A DNA stretch of 64,000 nucleotides from an uncultured candidatus Porisulfidus sp. (GCA_965116025.1 OZ220480.1:576001-640000); one strand, 5' to 3'. Shown: positions 9,385 through 19,744, counted from the first letter of the stretch. Made by a program: numbers and translations. Notes: generated by a model from the sequence alone, not told the origin.

Positions 9385-10388
9385 TGGCGGAGGAAGCCGG
9401 TCCTACCCCGGAAGGACCGGGTATTGTTGTGGGCGATGAGTGCCCTGATCCACTTCCAAGATCATACGGAAAGCTTCAGGAGTTCCTGGAAAAGCAGGGA
9501 GCTGACCTTTTCCAAGTTCGCCTGACCGTCATCAAGCGAATTCAGTCTGAGACAAACAGGCCTTTACTTTGCTACGCGACCCAAACGTCGAATGTGGCTA
9601 CCGGAATCCCTGTCTCCATAGAGGACGGGGATTTGGTAGGCTTCAGCGATCTAATCGATTCCGTCGACGGGACCAAGGCTGATGTCTTTGTCACTTCCAA
9701 TGGTGGTTCCGCAGAAACTACCGAACGAATTGTTCGACGCTTGCGAGAACGGTTTGATGGACTTCGGTTCATAATCCCATCTAATGCCTACAGTGCCGCT
9801 ACTCTCATGTGCCTTGCCGGGGATGAAATACTCATGCTCCCGGAAGGCACTCTTGGACCGATTGATCCTCAGCTGGGTGGAGTCCCAGCTCGGGCAATTC
9901 TTCGGGGATTTGAAAGACTGGAGGAACGATTGGCGAGGGAGGGCGCAAAAGCGCTAACGGCATATGTTCCATTGTTGCAAAAGTATGACCTCCACCTGCT
10001 TGAGCAGTGCCGTAGCGCGAATGAGCTATCGAAAGAACTAGCGCAAGTTTGGCTGACACGGTATGCGATGCGCGAATCCAGTTCAGAAGAGATTAACGAA
10101 GCTGTCGAATTCTTCAGCAACTGGGATTTGCACAAGAGTCATGGGAGAAGCATTGATGCAGCCGCGGCAAGAAGAATCGGGATTCCGGTCACAGTTCTGG
10201 ATGGCCGCCTTGCCGATTTGATTCGAAGTTTGTATCATCAATACACGTTGTTCTTCGACAAGACCCTTTTTTGCAAGGTGTTCGAAAACTCAAGAGGGGT
10301 TGCGTGGGGGCGGCAACTCTCGCCGCAAGCACTGAATATCCCTATTCCTGTCCAGGGACAATCACCGTCTAACACCGAGGTGGCATGA
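9384..10388 (+). CDS. SDH-family ClpP-fold serine protease
   Basis: SNGGS, IIPSNAYSAATLMCLAGDEILM, LGPIDPQ and HKSHGRSI motifs. Confidence 0.85.
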   Translation: MAEEAGPTPEGPGIVVGDECPDPLPRSYGKLQEFLEKQGADLFQVRLTVIKRIQSETNRPLLCYATQTSNVATGIPVSIEDGDLVGFSDLIDSVDGTKADVFVTSNGGSAETTERIVRRLRERFDGLRFIIPSNAYSAATLMCLAGDEILMLPEGTLGPIDPQLGGVPARAILRGFERLEERLAREGAKALTAYVPLLQKYDLHLLEQCRSANELSKELAQVWLTRYAMRESSSEEINEAVEFFSNWDLHKSHGRSIDAAAARRIGIPVTVLDGRLADLIRSLYHQYTLFFDKTLFCKVFENSRGVAWGRQLSPQALNIPIPVQGQSPSNTEVA

Positions 10389-10473
10389 CCTTCATGACCG
10401 CGCGGGGCAATCGCGAAGGGACACCATCAAGCGTCACCCTATCGCTGCAATCAGGTCCCAGGCCCGAGATCAT

Positions 10474-11700
10474 CTAGTTCGCGGACAGGCCATGCAGCCG
10501 CTCGGCGCGGCGCCGCAAGAGAGTGACGGTCGTCAGCAGAAGAATCGAGATCAAGACGAAAATCGTCGCCACCGCCAGGATGGTCGGCGAGATCTGCTCC
10601 CGGAGCCCGGAGAACATCTGCCGCGGAATCGTCCGCTGGGCTACGTCGCCGAGCTGCAGAATCACCACCACCTCGTCGAACGAGGTAATGAAGGCGAACA
10701 GGGCGCCAGAGACCACGCCGGGCAGGATGAGCGGAGTCTGCACCTGGAAGAACGTCCGCGACGCGGAGGCGCCCAAGCTGGCCGCGGCGCGCGCCAGGGT
10801 ATGGTCGAACCCGGCCAGGGAAGCCGTGACCGTGATAACGACGAACGGGACCCCGAGCACCGCGTGCGCGAGGATCAGCCCGGTGTAGGTCTTGGCGAGG
10901 CCAACCTGGCTGAACGCGAAAAACAGACCGGAGGCGGTGATCACCAGGGGCACCACCATCGGCGAGATCAGCAACGCCATCACCACGCGCTTGAACGGCA
11001 TCTCCGAGCGGCTGAGGCCGACCGCCGCCATGGTCCCGAGCGCCGTGGCCAGCAGAGTCGCCGGCACGCCGATGAGAAAGCTGTTCTTGATGGAGCGCAC
11101 CCACTGCGCGTTGTTCCACATATCGGACCACCAGCCAACCTCCGCGTCCGGCGCCACCATGCCGTTGCGCGCGATGTCGGCGTACCAGCGCAGGCTGAAA
11201 GCGTCTGGATCCAGCGTCAGCATGCCTTCGGTGAAACTGAAATATGGCTCCTGGTTGAAGGACAGAGGAATCACGACGAAGATCGGCGCCACCAGAAACA
11301 GGAAGATCAACGCGCAGAGGCCCCGGAACGCGTAGAACAGGGAGACTTCGCGCGGCCCCGCGTGCTCCGGCAGGCTCTCTCGATAGCGTCCGGTCGCGAG
11401 CCAGACGGCGGCCGAGGCCAAAACCCAGCCCACCGCCAGCATCAGCAAGGCCAGGCCCACGCCATGCGTCGCGAATCCCGCCAGCGCGAGCGCGAGCATA
11501 CATAGCGCGCGCGCCGCTCGGGGCGACTCGGGATGAACCGCGGCCGGGACCGACAGCGCGGCGAACAGCGCCGCGCCCGCCAACGCGTACGGCAGCATTA
11601 GCGAGACGTCGCCGTAGGCCGTGAGCGCGCCGACCAAGGCGCCCGCCGCACCACACCAGACCGCGGCGAGCCGAACCGGAGGGCGGACGGCCTCGAGCAT
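10474..11700 (-). CDS. Polyamine/opine-type ABC permease (PotC-like)
   Basis: PIFVVIPLSFN, LISPMVVP, LAHAVLGVPFVV, AAASLGA, FITSFDEVVV. Confidence 0.9.
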   Translation of the reverse strand: MLEAVRPPVRLAAVWCGAAGALVGALTAYGDVSLMLPYALAGAALFAALSVPAAVHPESPRAARALCMLALALAGFATHGVGLALLMLAVGWVLASAAVWLATGRYRESLPEHAGPREVSLFYAFRGLCALIFLFLVAPIFVVIPLSFNQEPYFSFTEGMLTLDPDAFSLRWYADIARNGMVAPDAEVGWWSDMWNNAQWVRSIKNSFLIGVPATLLATALGTMAAVGLSRSEMPFKRVVMALLISPMVVPLVITASGLFFAFSQVGLAKTYTGLILAHAVLGVPFVVITVTASLAGFDHTLARAAASLGASASRTFFQVQTPLILPGVVSGALFAFITSFDEVVVILQLGDVAQRTIPRQMFSGLREQISPTILAVATIFVLISILLLTTVTLLRRRAERLHGLSAN

Positions 11701-11703
11701 CCG

Positions 11704-12960
11704 TCAGCCGAGTTTCATCCGGTCGATGCCAGCCACGCGGTCGTATAGCCAAAACAGAAACATCACCAGGACCAGCAGCACGAACCCCATGGCGGCCGCC
11801 AAGGGCCAGTTGAGAGAGCGCCGCATGTGGAAATCGATCAGGTTGGAGATCATCTGCCCGTCCTGGCCTCCCACCAGGGCCGGGGTGATGTAGTAGCCGG
11901 TAGCGAGGATGAACACCAGCACCACGCCCGCGCCGACCCCCGGCAAGGTTTGCGGAAGATACACTTTCCAGAACGCCACCCAACCGTTCGCGCCCAAGCT
12001 TCGGGCCGCCCGGACGTACGCCCGCGGGATGGTTCGCATGACCGCGTACAGAGGCAGAATCATGAAGGGCAGGAGGATGTGCGTCATGGCGACCAGGGTC
12101 CCGGTGCGGTTGTAGACCATGCTGTACCGGCCGTCCTCTCCGATCACCCCGAACGCCACGAGCAGGTCGTTCAGCACTCCGCTGCCCTGCAGGATCGCGA
12201 TCCAGGCGGTGGTGCGCACCAGAATCGAGGTCCAGAACGGCAACAGCACCAGGATCAGCAACAGGTTCGCGCGATACGGCGTGAGGCTGGACAGGAGATG
12301 CGCCACCGGGTAGCCCAGCAAAAGGCAAAAGAGCGTGACCAGAGCGGAGATCTCTATCGTGCGCCAAAGCAGCGCGAGGTGGATGCGCCGTCTCTCGTCC
12401 TGCCGGCGAACGGAGCCATCGCCACTGTACTTGAGATCCACCGAGGCCGCCAGATACGATGGCGTGTACCGCGCCGCGGCGACGCGAAGCGCCCGCCAGG
12501 TCTCGATCTGGCCCCACGCGGGCTTGAGGTCGACCAACGCCTCCTTGCAAGGAGCCTCGAGGCGCGCCGCCTTGCGCGCCGTGGAGGTGAGCAGCGACCT
12601 TCCCCCGGGCAACTCCCGGTTCACCCGGGTAGCGACCTTGCCAATGGTCTTGTCCTTTCGCGCCTGCGCCAAGTCCTCCACCAGCGCCCGGCACATCTCC
12701 TCGGTCGGTTCCGATTCGCCGTCCCACGCCACCAGCAGGGAAGCGCTGCTCGGCATGTGCCGCGCGTACGTGTCGTCATGAACCCCCTGCCACAGGAACA
12801 GCAGCACCGGGACGACGAAGGACGCGAGCAGGAAGGCCAGCAACGGCAGGGTCAGGCCCAGCGCCCGGATTCGGCGGGCCAGGAGCGCCCGCGCCAGTCG
12901 CGTCTTGAGCGGCGCGCCGTCCGCGGTGAGCACCGGTTCGGCAGAGGCGGGCGAGGCCAC
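11704..12960 (-). CDS. Polyamine/opine-type ABC permease (PotB-like)
   Basis: LLPFWTSILVRTTAW, HILLPFMILPLY, AARSLGA, GYYITPALVGG. Confidence 0.9.
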   Translation of the reverse strand: MASPASAEPVLTADGAPLKTRLARALLARRIRALGLTLPLLAFLLASFVVPVLLFLWQGVHDDTYARHMPSSASLLVAWDGESEPTEEMCRALVEDLAQARKDKTIGKVATRVNRELPGGRSLLTSTARKAARLEAPCKEALVDLKPAWGQIETWRALRVAAARYTPSYLAASVDLKYSGDGSVRRQDERRRIHLALLWRTIEISALVTLFCLLLGYPVAHLLSSLTPYRANLLLILVLLPFWTSILVRTTAWIAILQGSGVLNDLLVAFGVIGEDGRYSMVYNRTGTLVAMTHILLPFMILPLYAVMRTIPRAYVRAARSLGANGWVAFWKVYLPQTLPGVGAGVVLVFILATGYYITPALVGGQDGQMISNLIDFHMRRSLNWPLAAAMGFVLLVLVMFLFWLYDRVAGIDRMKLG

Positions 12961-13001
12961 GGATCAGGCGCTTGAGCGGCGTTCCGAATCCCGGGCGCGC
13001 G

Positions 13002-14087
13002 TCACTCGATCAGCCAAGCGTTGAACCGCTCGCTCATCTCATCCAAGCGGTCCGCCCAGAACTCCGCGTCCTCCCAGATCGCCGTCTTCATGTTGCTCGG
13101 CCAAGTTGGCATATGCGGCCGCATGTCCAGGTCCGGCCGGGAGTGATAGGCTCCCACCATCTCGGAGACCGCGTGGCGCACCGGCGCGTAAGAAATCCAC
13201 GACGATTGAACGGCCATGTTCTCGGGCCTCGAGGCGAACGCGATGAAGTCGAGCGCCAGATCCAGGTTCGGAGCGCCCTTCACGATCGCCCAGTAGCCAA
13301 TCGCCATCACCTGCGCGTCCCACACGATGGACAGGGAGCGTCCCTCCAGCGCGAACGCGTTGAAAATCCGCCCGTTGTAGGCCGTGCTCATCACCACCTC
13401 TCCGTCCGCCAGCAACTGCGGCGGCTGGGAACCCGTCTCCCACCACACCACCTGGTCCTTGATGCGGTCCAGCTTGGCGAAGGCGCGGTCGACTCCCTGG
13501 AGGGTCGCCAGCGCCTCGTACACCTGATCTGGAGGCACTCCGTCGGCGACCAGCGCCATCTCGAGCGTGGCCTTGGGGCTTCTTCGCAGGCCCCGCCTTC
13601 CGGGAAATCTCTCCAGATCGAAGAAATCCCGGATGGAGGTCGGCCCCGGCGAAAACCGGCTCCGGTCGTAGGCGAACACCACCGACCCGATCACGCTCCC
13701 GATCATGCATGGACGGATCGCGCCCTCGAAAAAGTCTCGCTCGGCGGGGGTCCCGTCCGGAGCGGGCGGCAAGATAGCGGGATCGATCTCCTCGAGCAGC
13801 CCCTCGTCGCAACCCAGAATCCCCTCGGCGACCTCGATGTCCACGACGTCCCAGGTCACGTGACCGGCCAGCGCCTGCGCCTTGACCTCGGACATGCCGC
13901 CGCTGTAGTCCTCGGAGAGGATCCGGTGACCGGTGCTGGCCATCCACGGCTTGTAGTACGCCTCCAGCTGGCTCTTGCCGTAGGAGCCGCCCCAGGAGAC
14001 CACGGTCAGGTCGCCCGCCCGCGCGCCCGGCGCCGCGAGCCCGGCGGTGGCGAGGAGAAGCGCGAGCGCTCTCGCGAACCCGCTCAT
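13002..14087 (-). CDS. Polyamine-type ABC substrate-binding protein (PotD-like), copy 2
   Basis: Signal peptide, SWGGSY, FFDLERFPGRRGL, PPQLLADGEV, AYNGRI. Confidence 0.88.
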   Translation of the reverse strand: MSGFARALALLLATAGLAAPGARAGDLTVVSWGGSYGKSQLEAYYKPWMASTGHRILSEDYSGGMSEVKAQALAGHVTWDVVDIEVAEGILGCDEGLLEEIDPAILPPAPDGTPAERDFFEGAIRPCMIGSVIGSVVFAYDRSRFSPGPTSIRDFFDLERFPGRRGLRRSPKATLEMALVADGVPPDQVYEALATLQGVDRAFAKLDRIKDQVVWWETGSQPPQLLADGEVVMSTAYNGRIFNAFALEGRSLSIVWDAQVMAIGYWAIVKGAPNLDLALDFIAFASRPENMAVQSSWISYAPVRHAVSEMVGAYHSRPDLDMRPHMPTWPSNMKTAIWEDAEFWADRLDEMSERFNAWLIE

Positions 14088-15196
14088 TCGATCAACCAAG
14101 CGTTGAAGCGCTCGTTCAGCTCGTCGACGCGGTCCGCCCAGAACTCATCGTCGTGCCAAATCGCCGTCTTCCTGTTGTCTGGCCAAGTGGGGAGGTGCGG
14201 CCCCACTTTCAAGTCGGGATCGGCGTGGTAGCCATCCACCATCCGGGCGGCGGACTCGCGCGCCGGCGCGTAGGAGATCCACGAGGCCTGCACCGCCATG
14301 TTCTCGGGCATGGAAGCGAACCGGATGAAGTCCAGCGCCAGCTCCATGTTCGGGGCGCCCTTCACGATCGCCCATTTGTCGATCGCCATCACCTGCGCGT
14401 CCCAGACCACGGCGAGCGGCTGGCCTTCCGCCGCGAAGGCGTTGAAGACGCGCCCGTTGTAGGCCGTGCTCATGACGACCTCGCCATCAACCAGCAGCTG
14501 CGGCGGCTGCGCGCCCACCTCCCACCACAGGACGTGCTCCTTGATGCTGTCCAGCTTGGCGAAAGCGCGGTCGATTCCCTCCGGGGTCGCCAGCTCGTCG
14601 TAGACCTTCTCCGGCGCGACGCCGTCGGCCACCAGCGCGATCTCCAGGTTGACCTTGGGAGTCTTGCGCATGCCGCGCCGGCCGGGAAACTTCTCCAGAT
14701 CGAAGAAGTCCTGGATCGTGGTCGGAGGAGGCGACAGCCGAGATTCGTCATAGGCGAAGATGGTGGACCACACCACGGTGCCAATGGCGCAGTCGCCAAT
14801 GGCGCCCTCGACGAAATCCTTCTCGGCGGGCGTTCCGTCGGGGGCCGGAGGCAGGATGGCGGGATCGATCTCCTCGAGCAGGCCCTCGTCGCAGCCCAAG
14901 ATCGCCTCGGCGGACTCGGCATCCAGAATGTCCCAGGTCACGTGACCGGCCTCGACCTGCGCCTTGACCTCGGACAGGCCACCGCTGTAGTCCTCGGAGA
15001 GGATCCTGTGGCCCGTGCGGGCCATCCACGGCTTGTGGTAGGCCTCGACCTGACTTTTTGTGTAGGCGCCGCCGAAGGAGACGATGGTCAGATCGCCCGC
15101 GGGCGCGACGCCGGTCGCGAGCGAAAGCCCCGCGGCGGAAAGGAAGGATAAATATCTCACGGAGCTCCTCGCGAACGTCCTTGAACTTCCCATCAT
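14084..15196 (-). CDS. Polyamine-type ABC substrate-binding protein (PotD-like), copy 1
   Basis: Signal peptide, SFGGAY, FFDLEKFPGRRGMRK, PPQLLVDGEV. Paralog of 13002..14087. Confidence 0.88.
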   Translation of the reverse strand: MMGSSRTFARSSVRYLSFLSAAGLSLATGVAPAGDLTIVSFGGAYTKSQVEAYHKPWMARTGHRILSEDYSGGLSEVKAQVEAGHVTWDILDAESAEAILGCDEGLLEEIDPAILPPAPDGTPAEKDFVEGAIGDCAIGTVVWSTIFAYDESRLSPPPTTIQDFFDLEKFPGRRGMRKTPKVNLEIALVADGVAPEKVYDELATPEGIDRAFAKLDSIKEHVLWWEVGAQPPQLLVDGEVVMSTAYNGRVFNAFAAEGQPLAVVWDAQVMAIDKWAIVKGAPNMELALDFIRFASMPENMAVQASWISYAPARESAARMVDGYHADPDLKVGPHLPTWPDNRKTAIWHDDEFWADRVDELNERFNAWLIE

Positions 15197-16272
15197 GGTA
15201 ACGCATCCAGCGCGCGACAGTCCTCGGTGTTCCAGCTGACCCGCGTCTTCTGCCCGACCCGCAACCGCTCGTGGTCCGCCGCATTGGCCATCTTGACGAT
15301 GAAATCGTCGTGGCCCAGCACGCGCATGCGGCAGCGAATATGGTCGCCCAAATAGATCAGCTCCTCCACCTCCGCGTCGAAGCGATTCTCCCCTTTGTCT
15401 CCGATGAACACCCGCTCCGGGCGAATCGACAGCGTGGTCGGGGTTCCCATGCCGCTGCAGTTGATCGCCAGGGCCTGACCCCGAGCGGAATCCTCGATCT
15501 CGACCTCCGCCACATCGCCCCGGATTCTCTCCACGCGACCGTACAGGCGGTTATTCTCCCCGATGAAGCGGGCGACGAAAGCCGTCTCCGGACGCTCGTA
15601 GAGCGTCTCCGGGTCGGAGTCCTGCTGGATGGATCCGTCCTTGAACACCGCGATGCGCGTCGACATGGTCAGCGCCTCGGCTTGGTCGTGCGTCACGTAG
15701 ACCACGGTCACGCCCAGCCGATCATGCAAGCGCTTGATCTCGTACTGCATGTGCTCGCGTAATTGGCGGTCCAGCGCGCCCAGGGGCTCGTCCATCAGCA
15801 CCAGCTCCGGGCGAAACACCAAAGCGCGCGCCAGCGCGGCGCGTTGCTGCTGTCCCCCCGAAAGCTCGGACGGCCGACGACCCCCGAAGCGCTCCATCTC
15901 TACCATGCGCAGGGCCTCGCGCACGCGCTCCTCGATCTCGGAGCGCGCGACCCGGCGCACCCGGAGCGGAAACGCGAGGTTCTCGCGCACCGTCATGTGC
16001 GGGAACAGGGCGTAACTCTGGAACACGACCCCGATACCCAGCCGGTGGGGAGGCATGGAGTTCACCGGGCGCCCCGCGAGGCGAATCTCCCCGTTCGTCA
16101 CGGTCTCGAAGCCGGCCAGCATCATCAGGCTAGACGTCTTGCCCGAGCCGGAAGGTCCGAGCAAGGTCATGAACTCGCCACGGGGAATGCTCAGGTTGAG
16201 GTTCTCGACCGCCAGAGTCTCGCCGTCGTAGCTCTTCTGAACCTGGTCGAATTCCACGAGCGCGGCATTCAT
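15193..16272 (-). CDS. Polyamine-type ABC ATPase (PotA-like)
   Basis: GPSGSGKT, VFQSYALFPHMTV, LSGGQQQR, MDEPLGALD, TOBE C-terminus. Confidence 0.92.
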   Translation of the reverse strand: MNAALVEFDQVQKSYDGETLAVENLNLSIPRGEFMTLLGPSGSGKTSSLMMLAGFETVTNGEIRLAGRPVNSMPPHRLGIGVVFQSYALFPHMTVRENLAFPLRVRRVARSEIEERVREALRMVEMERFGGRRPSELSGGQQQRAALARALVFRPELVLMDEPLGALDRQLREHMQYEIKRLHDRLGVTVVYVTHDQAEALTMSTRIAVFKDGSIQQDSDPETLYERPETAFVARFIGENNRLYGRVERIRGDVAEVEIEDSARGQALAINCSGMGTPTTLSIRPERVFIGDKGENRFDAEVEELIYLGDHIRCRMRVLGHDDFIVKMANAADHERLRVGQKTRVSWNTEDCRALDALP

Positions 16273-16392
16273 AACTCTCGGCGCTCCCGACGCCGCCGGC
16301 GGCTTCCTCCCGATTTCGTCCCGCGGGCGCCGGAGAGAACACTCCCCTGCATCAATCTCGCGGCGGCCCGCGGTCCGAGAAAACGGTGGCTT

Positions 16393-16980
16393 TCATTCTA
16401 CCCCAGCGTCGCCGGACGGCGCGGAAGCCCCGCGCCAGGAACGTTCCGGCTCTCCCTCTTCCCGAGCCAGGACCCGCGCCAGCACGAACAGCAGATCCGA
16501 TAACCGGTTCAGGTAGATCCGCGCCGTCGCCGGCAAGTCATCCAAGACCACCGCGCGGCGCTCGGCGCGCCGGCAAACCGCCCGCGCCACATGGCACAAC
16601 GCCGCCGCCTCGCCGCCGCCAGGCAGAAGGAACTCCTCGAGCGGCGCCAGCGTCGCGTTCATCTCCCGAACGCCACGGTCCAACCGAGCCAGCTTCTCCT
16701 CCCCATTCCACGCGATCTTCCCCCGCGCGAGAACGGCGCCCAGATCGAACAAGTCCTGCTGCGCCTCGTCCACCCATCGCCTCGCCTCCCTATCCCGGAC
16801 CCGCGCGAACAACGTCCCCAGATGGCAGTTGAGCTCATCGACCGCGCCCAAAGCCTCAATCCTCGGGTCCGCCTTCGACAGGCGCGCGCCTCCCGCGATG
16901 CCGGTCGTTCCATCGTCCCCGCTCCGGGTCGTCACGCGCGAGATGCGTCGAGCCACCATCCGCTCCCTATCGGAGGGCAT
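16393..16980 (-). CDS. ATP:cob(I)alamin adenosyltransferase, PduO-type
   Basis: TTRSGDDGTT, GAVDELN, Q.DLFDLGA, FLLPGG, RAVCRRAER, YLNRLSDLLF. Confidence 0.92.
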   Translation of the reverse strand: MPSDRERMVARRISRVTTRSGDDGTTGIAGGARLSKADPRIEALGAVDELNCHLGTLFARVRDREARRWVDEAQQDLFDLGAVLARGKIAWNGEEKLARLDRGVREMNATLAPLEEFLLPGGGEAAALCHVARAVCRRAERRAVVLDDLPATARIYLNRLSDLLFVLARVLAREEGEPERSWRGASAPSGDAGVE

Positions 16981-17491
16981 CCAGAACGGCGAGAACGTCC
17001 TCGGCGTGCCCGCGTGGGGAAACCGTTCTCCACATGTGCCGGATGACGCCTTCCGGGTCGATCAGAAACGTCTGGCGCCTCGCGTAAACCTTCCCCAGCA
17101 ACCCGACGCGCGCTCCATACCGCCCGGCGACCCTTCCCCCCGGATCGGAAAGCAATGTGAACGGCAGATCGTGCCGGTCGATGAACTGCCGGTGCCGATC
17201 CGCGTCGTCGACGCTGATCCCGACGACGCGGACGTCCCGCTCGCGAAAGCGCTCGATCTCGTCGCGAAAGCCGCGGGCCTCCATAACGCATCCGATCGTG
17301 CCGTCTTTCGGGTAGAAGTACAGCGCCAGCCACCGCCCCGAATAATCTGAAAGATGGTGGGCCACCCGGTTCTCGTCGGTCAGGGTGAACGCCGGAGCCG
17401 GCATGCCGACATCCAGAAGGTCGGGGACCGGCGGCGAGCCCAAACCCAGAAACGTCAAGCTCCGGCGCAAGCCCAACAGGAATTCGTTCAT
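16967..17491 (-). CDS. bcp: Peroxiredoxin, BCP/PrxQ family
   Basis: LYFYPKDGTIGCVMEARGFRD, VVGISVD, FTLLSD, RQTFLIDPEG. Confidence 0.88.
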   Translation of the reverse strand: MNEFLLGLRRSLTFLGLGSPPVPDLLDVGMPAPAFTLTDENRVAHHLSDYSGRWLALYFYPKDGTIGCVMEARGFRDEIERFRERDVRVVGISVDDADRHRQFIDRHDLPFTLLSDPGGRVAGRYGARVGLLGKVYARRQTFLIDPEGVIRHMWRTVSPRGHAEDVLAVLDALR

Positions 17492-17567
17492 CAGGGCGCT
17501 TCCTCTCCGCCATCTTCCAGGTGAATTCCCGGATCGCCGCGCGAGTCTCCATATTCGGGCGCCGACG

Positions 17568-18968
17568 TCATGACGCCGCGACGTCCGATCCGGTCCGATA
17601 CCAGCGCAGCCGCTCGCGGAGGCGAACGACCTCGCCCACCACGATGAGGGTCGGCGGTTCCACGTTCCGCGAGCGCACCAGCCGGGGGAGGTCCGCCAGA
17701 GTGCCGGTCAGCACCCGCTGGTCCGGCATCGTGCCGCGCGTGATCAGCGCGGCCGGGGTGTCGGCGTCCAAACCATGCCGAAGCAGCTGCGCGCAGATTT
17801 CCGGACACCCGGCCAGGCCCATGTAGAACACCAGGGTCTGGCGCGGATGGGCCAGCGTCTCCCAATCCAGGTCGACGCTCCCGTCCTTCAGGTGTCCCGT
17901 CACGAAAACGCAGGCCTGCGCGTGGTCGCGATGGGTCAGGGGAATGCCCGCGTAGCTGGCGCAACCGTTCGCGGCGGTGATGCCGGGGACGATCTGGAAC
18001 GCCACGCCCTCCTGCATCAGGGTGGAGATCTCCTCCCCGCCCCGTCCGAACACCAGCGGGTCTCCACCCTTCAGGCGCAGCACCCGCTTGCCTTCCCGGG
18101 CCAGGCGGACCAGCAGGGCGTTGATCGATTCCTGCTCGATCACGTGACGAGCGCGCTCCTTCCCCGCGTAGATCTTCTCGATATCCTTCCGCAACAGCGC
18201 CATGATCGGATCCGACACCAGCCGATCATAGATCACCACGTCGGCCTGCTGAATGAGGCGCATGGCGCGGAAGGTCAGGAGGTCCGGGTCGCCCGGCCCG
18301 GCGCCGACCAGATAGACCTCCCCGGCCTCCGGCGCCCGCCCGCGCTCCAGGTCCCGCCGCAAGGCCTCGTCCGCCTCCTCCTCGCGGCCCTCCAGCACCC
18401 GCTCGGCGATCGGCCCGCTCAGGACCGCTTCCCAAAACCGTCGGCGCGAACGGCGATCGGGAAAGGCCGCCCGCGCCACGCCGCGGAATCTCTCGACCAT
18501 CCCCGCGAGCCTCCCGAACGCGCCCGGAATCCGGCTCTCCAGATGGTTGCGCAACAGTCGCCCGAGCACCGGCGAGGCCCCGTCGGTGCAGATCGCGACC
18601 TGGATCGGGTCCCGGTGAATCACCGAAGGCAGCAACACGTCGCCCGCGTCGGCTCTATGAGCGGCGTTCACCAGGGAGCCGCGCCCCCGCGCCTCCGCCG
18701 CGACCCGGTCGTTCAAGGCCGCGTCATCGCTGGCGGTCACCACGAGGAAGACGTCCTCCAGATCCTCGTCCTGAAACTCCCGCGTCCGGAGGTCGATCCG
18801 TCCCGCCTCGGCGTGCGCGCGCACCGATTCGACGGCCTCAGGGGCGACCACTAGAACCGGCGCGCCCGCCCGCGCCAGCGCGTCGATCTTCCGCGCCGCG
18901 ACCGGGCCCGCCCCTACCACCAGACAGCGGCGTCCCTCGACCTTGGCGAACAGCGCGAGCGAGCTCAT
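17568..18968 (-). CDS. cysG: Siroheme synthase (CysG B+A fusion)
   Basis: VVGAGPVAARK, GASPVLGR, VYLVGAGPGDPDLLT, RLKGGDP.VFGRGGEE, YAGIPLTHR. Start set at MSSLALF. Confidence 0.93.
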   Translation of the reverse strand: MSSLALFAKVEGRRCLVVGAGPVAARKIDALARAGAPVLVVAPEAVESVRAHAEAGRIDLRTREFQDEDLEDVFLVVTASDDAALNDRVAAEARGRGSLVNAAHRADAGDVLLPSVIHRDPIQVAICTDGASPVLGRLLRNHLESRIPGAFGRLAGMVERFRGVARAAFPDRRSRRRFWEAVLSGPIAERVLEGREEEADEALRRDLERGRAPEAGEVYLVGAGPGDPDLLTFRAMRLIQQADVVIYDRLVSDPIMALLRKDIEKIYAGKERARHVIEQESINALLVRLAREGKRVLRLKGGDPLVFGRGGEEISTLMQEGVAFQIVPGITAANGCASYAGIPLTHRDHAQACVFVTGHLKDGSVDLDWETLAHPRQTLVFYMGLAGCPEICAQLLRHGLDADTPAALITRGTMPDQRVLTGTLADLPRLVRSRNVEPPTLIVVGEVVRLRERLRWYRTGSDVAAS

Positions 18969-19628
18969 CTCTCCGGGATAAGGAAGTTGGAGTAAAATTA
19001 ACTCTATTATCAACCGAAAAGGTTAAGAAGCCATGTTTCGAGCAATCGCGATCCTGGTCGGCCTCGCCATCCTCGCGTCAGCCATCTACTTCGGGCTGAC
19101 CGGATAGCGGACCGGCTCCTCCCGCGGTCCGGCCCCCGCCTCGAACGCCCGAAACTCTGGGCGGATTCCTGCGGGCGGCCTGTCTGGAGCGATCTCGGGT
19201 GGACCTGCATCCCTTCCACGCTGATTGATCACGCCCCGGCGCGCGGTGCGGTTTGCGTTCGCGAACCGACTTTCTGGAGAAAGGGCGTGGCTTCCATAAC
19301 GCCAAACCCGCCGCCGAATCGAACTGGTCAGTACCGAGAACAAATGCCCGTGGCGGATACCGATCCATATCGAGCGGGAAGAGATCCGGCGGAAGAAGGG
19401 CATCGACCTCGAAAATCCTCGGCGGGACCGCGAGCGGAAGACGGCATCCCAGCCGAGCGTCGCGCTCGGCGGTCGAATCCGTATTTTCGACGCGACTCCA
19501 GATTCCTGGGCGGGGAGCGACGGAAGGGTGGCGTCTTGGATTCTGGCGCGAGTTCACAGCTCAGTGCCGCGCGCAAGTCCATGATTCCGCAAGCGATCAT
19601 TCGTCCTACAACAGGCGGGTCGGAAAGT

Positions 19629-19668
19629 CAAGCGTAAATGGTCACGAGAAAGTGACCATTTACGCTTG
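19629..19668. repeat. Perfect 17-bp inverted repeat with 6-nt loop
   Basis: caagcgtaaatggtcac-gagaaa-gtgaccatttacgcttg. Confidence 0.9.
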
Positions 19669-19696
19669 CGTTTTCCCGCGCTTTGGGGCATGGTCG

Positions 19697-19744
19697 GAGA
19701 CTCGCCGGATGGAGGCCGAGACTCGCCGGATGGAGGCCGAGACC
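19697..19744. repeat. 21-bp tandem repeat (about 2.3 copies)
   Basis: gagactcgccggatggaggcc twice, followed by gagacc. Confidence 0.85.

Noticed and set aside
10451-12727. Long alternative-frame ORFs (e.g. 10451..12727, 26682..28661, 55521..57362, 60342..62081, 5' part of 61292..63409)
   Set aside because: Arg/Gly/Pro-rich shadow frames of high-GC genes with no motifs.
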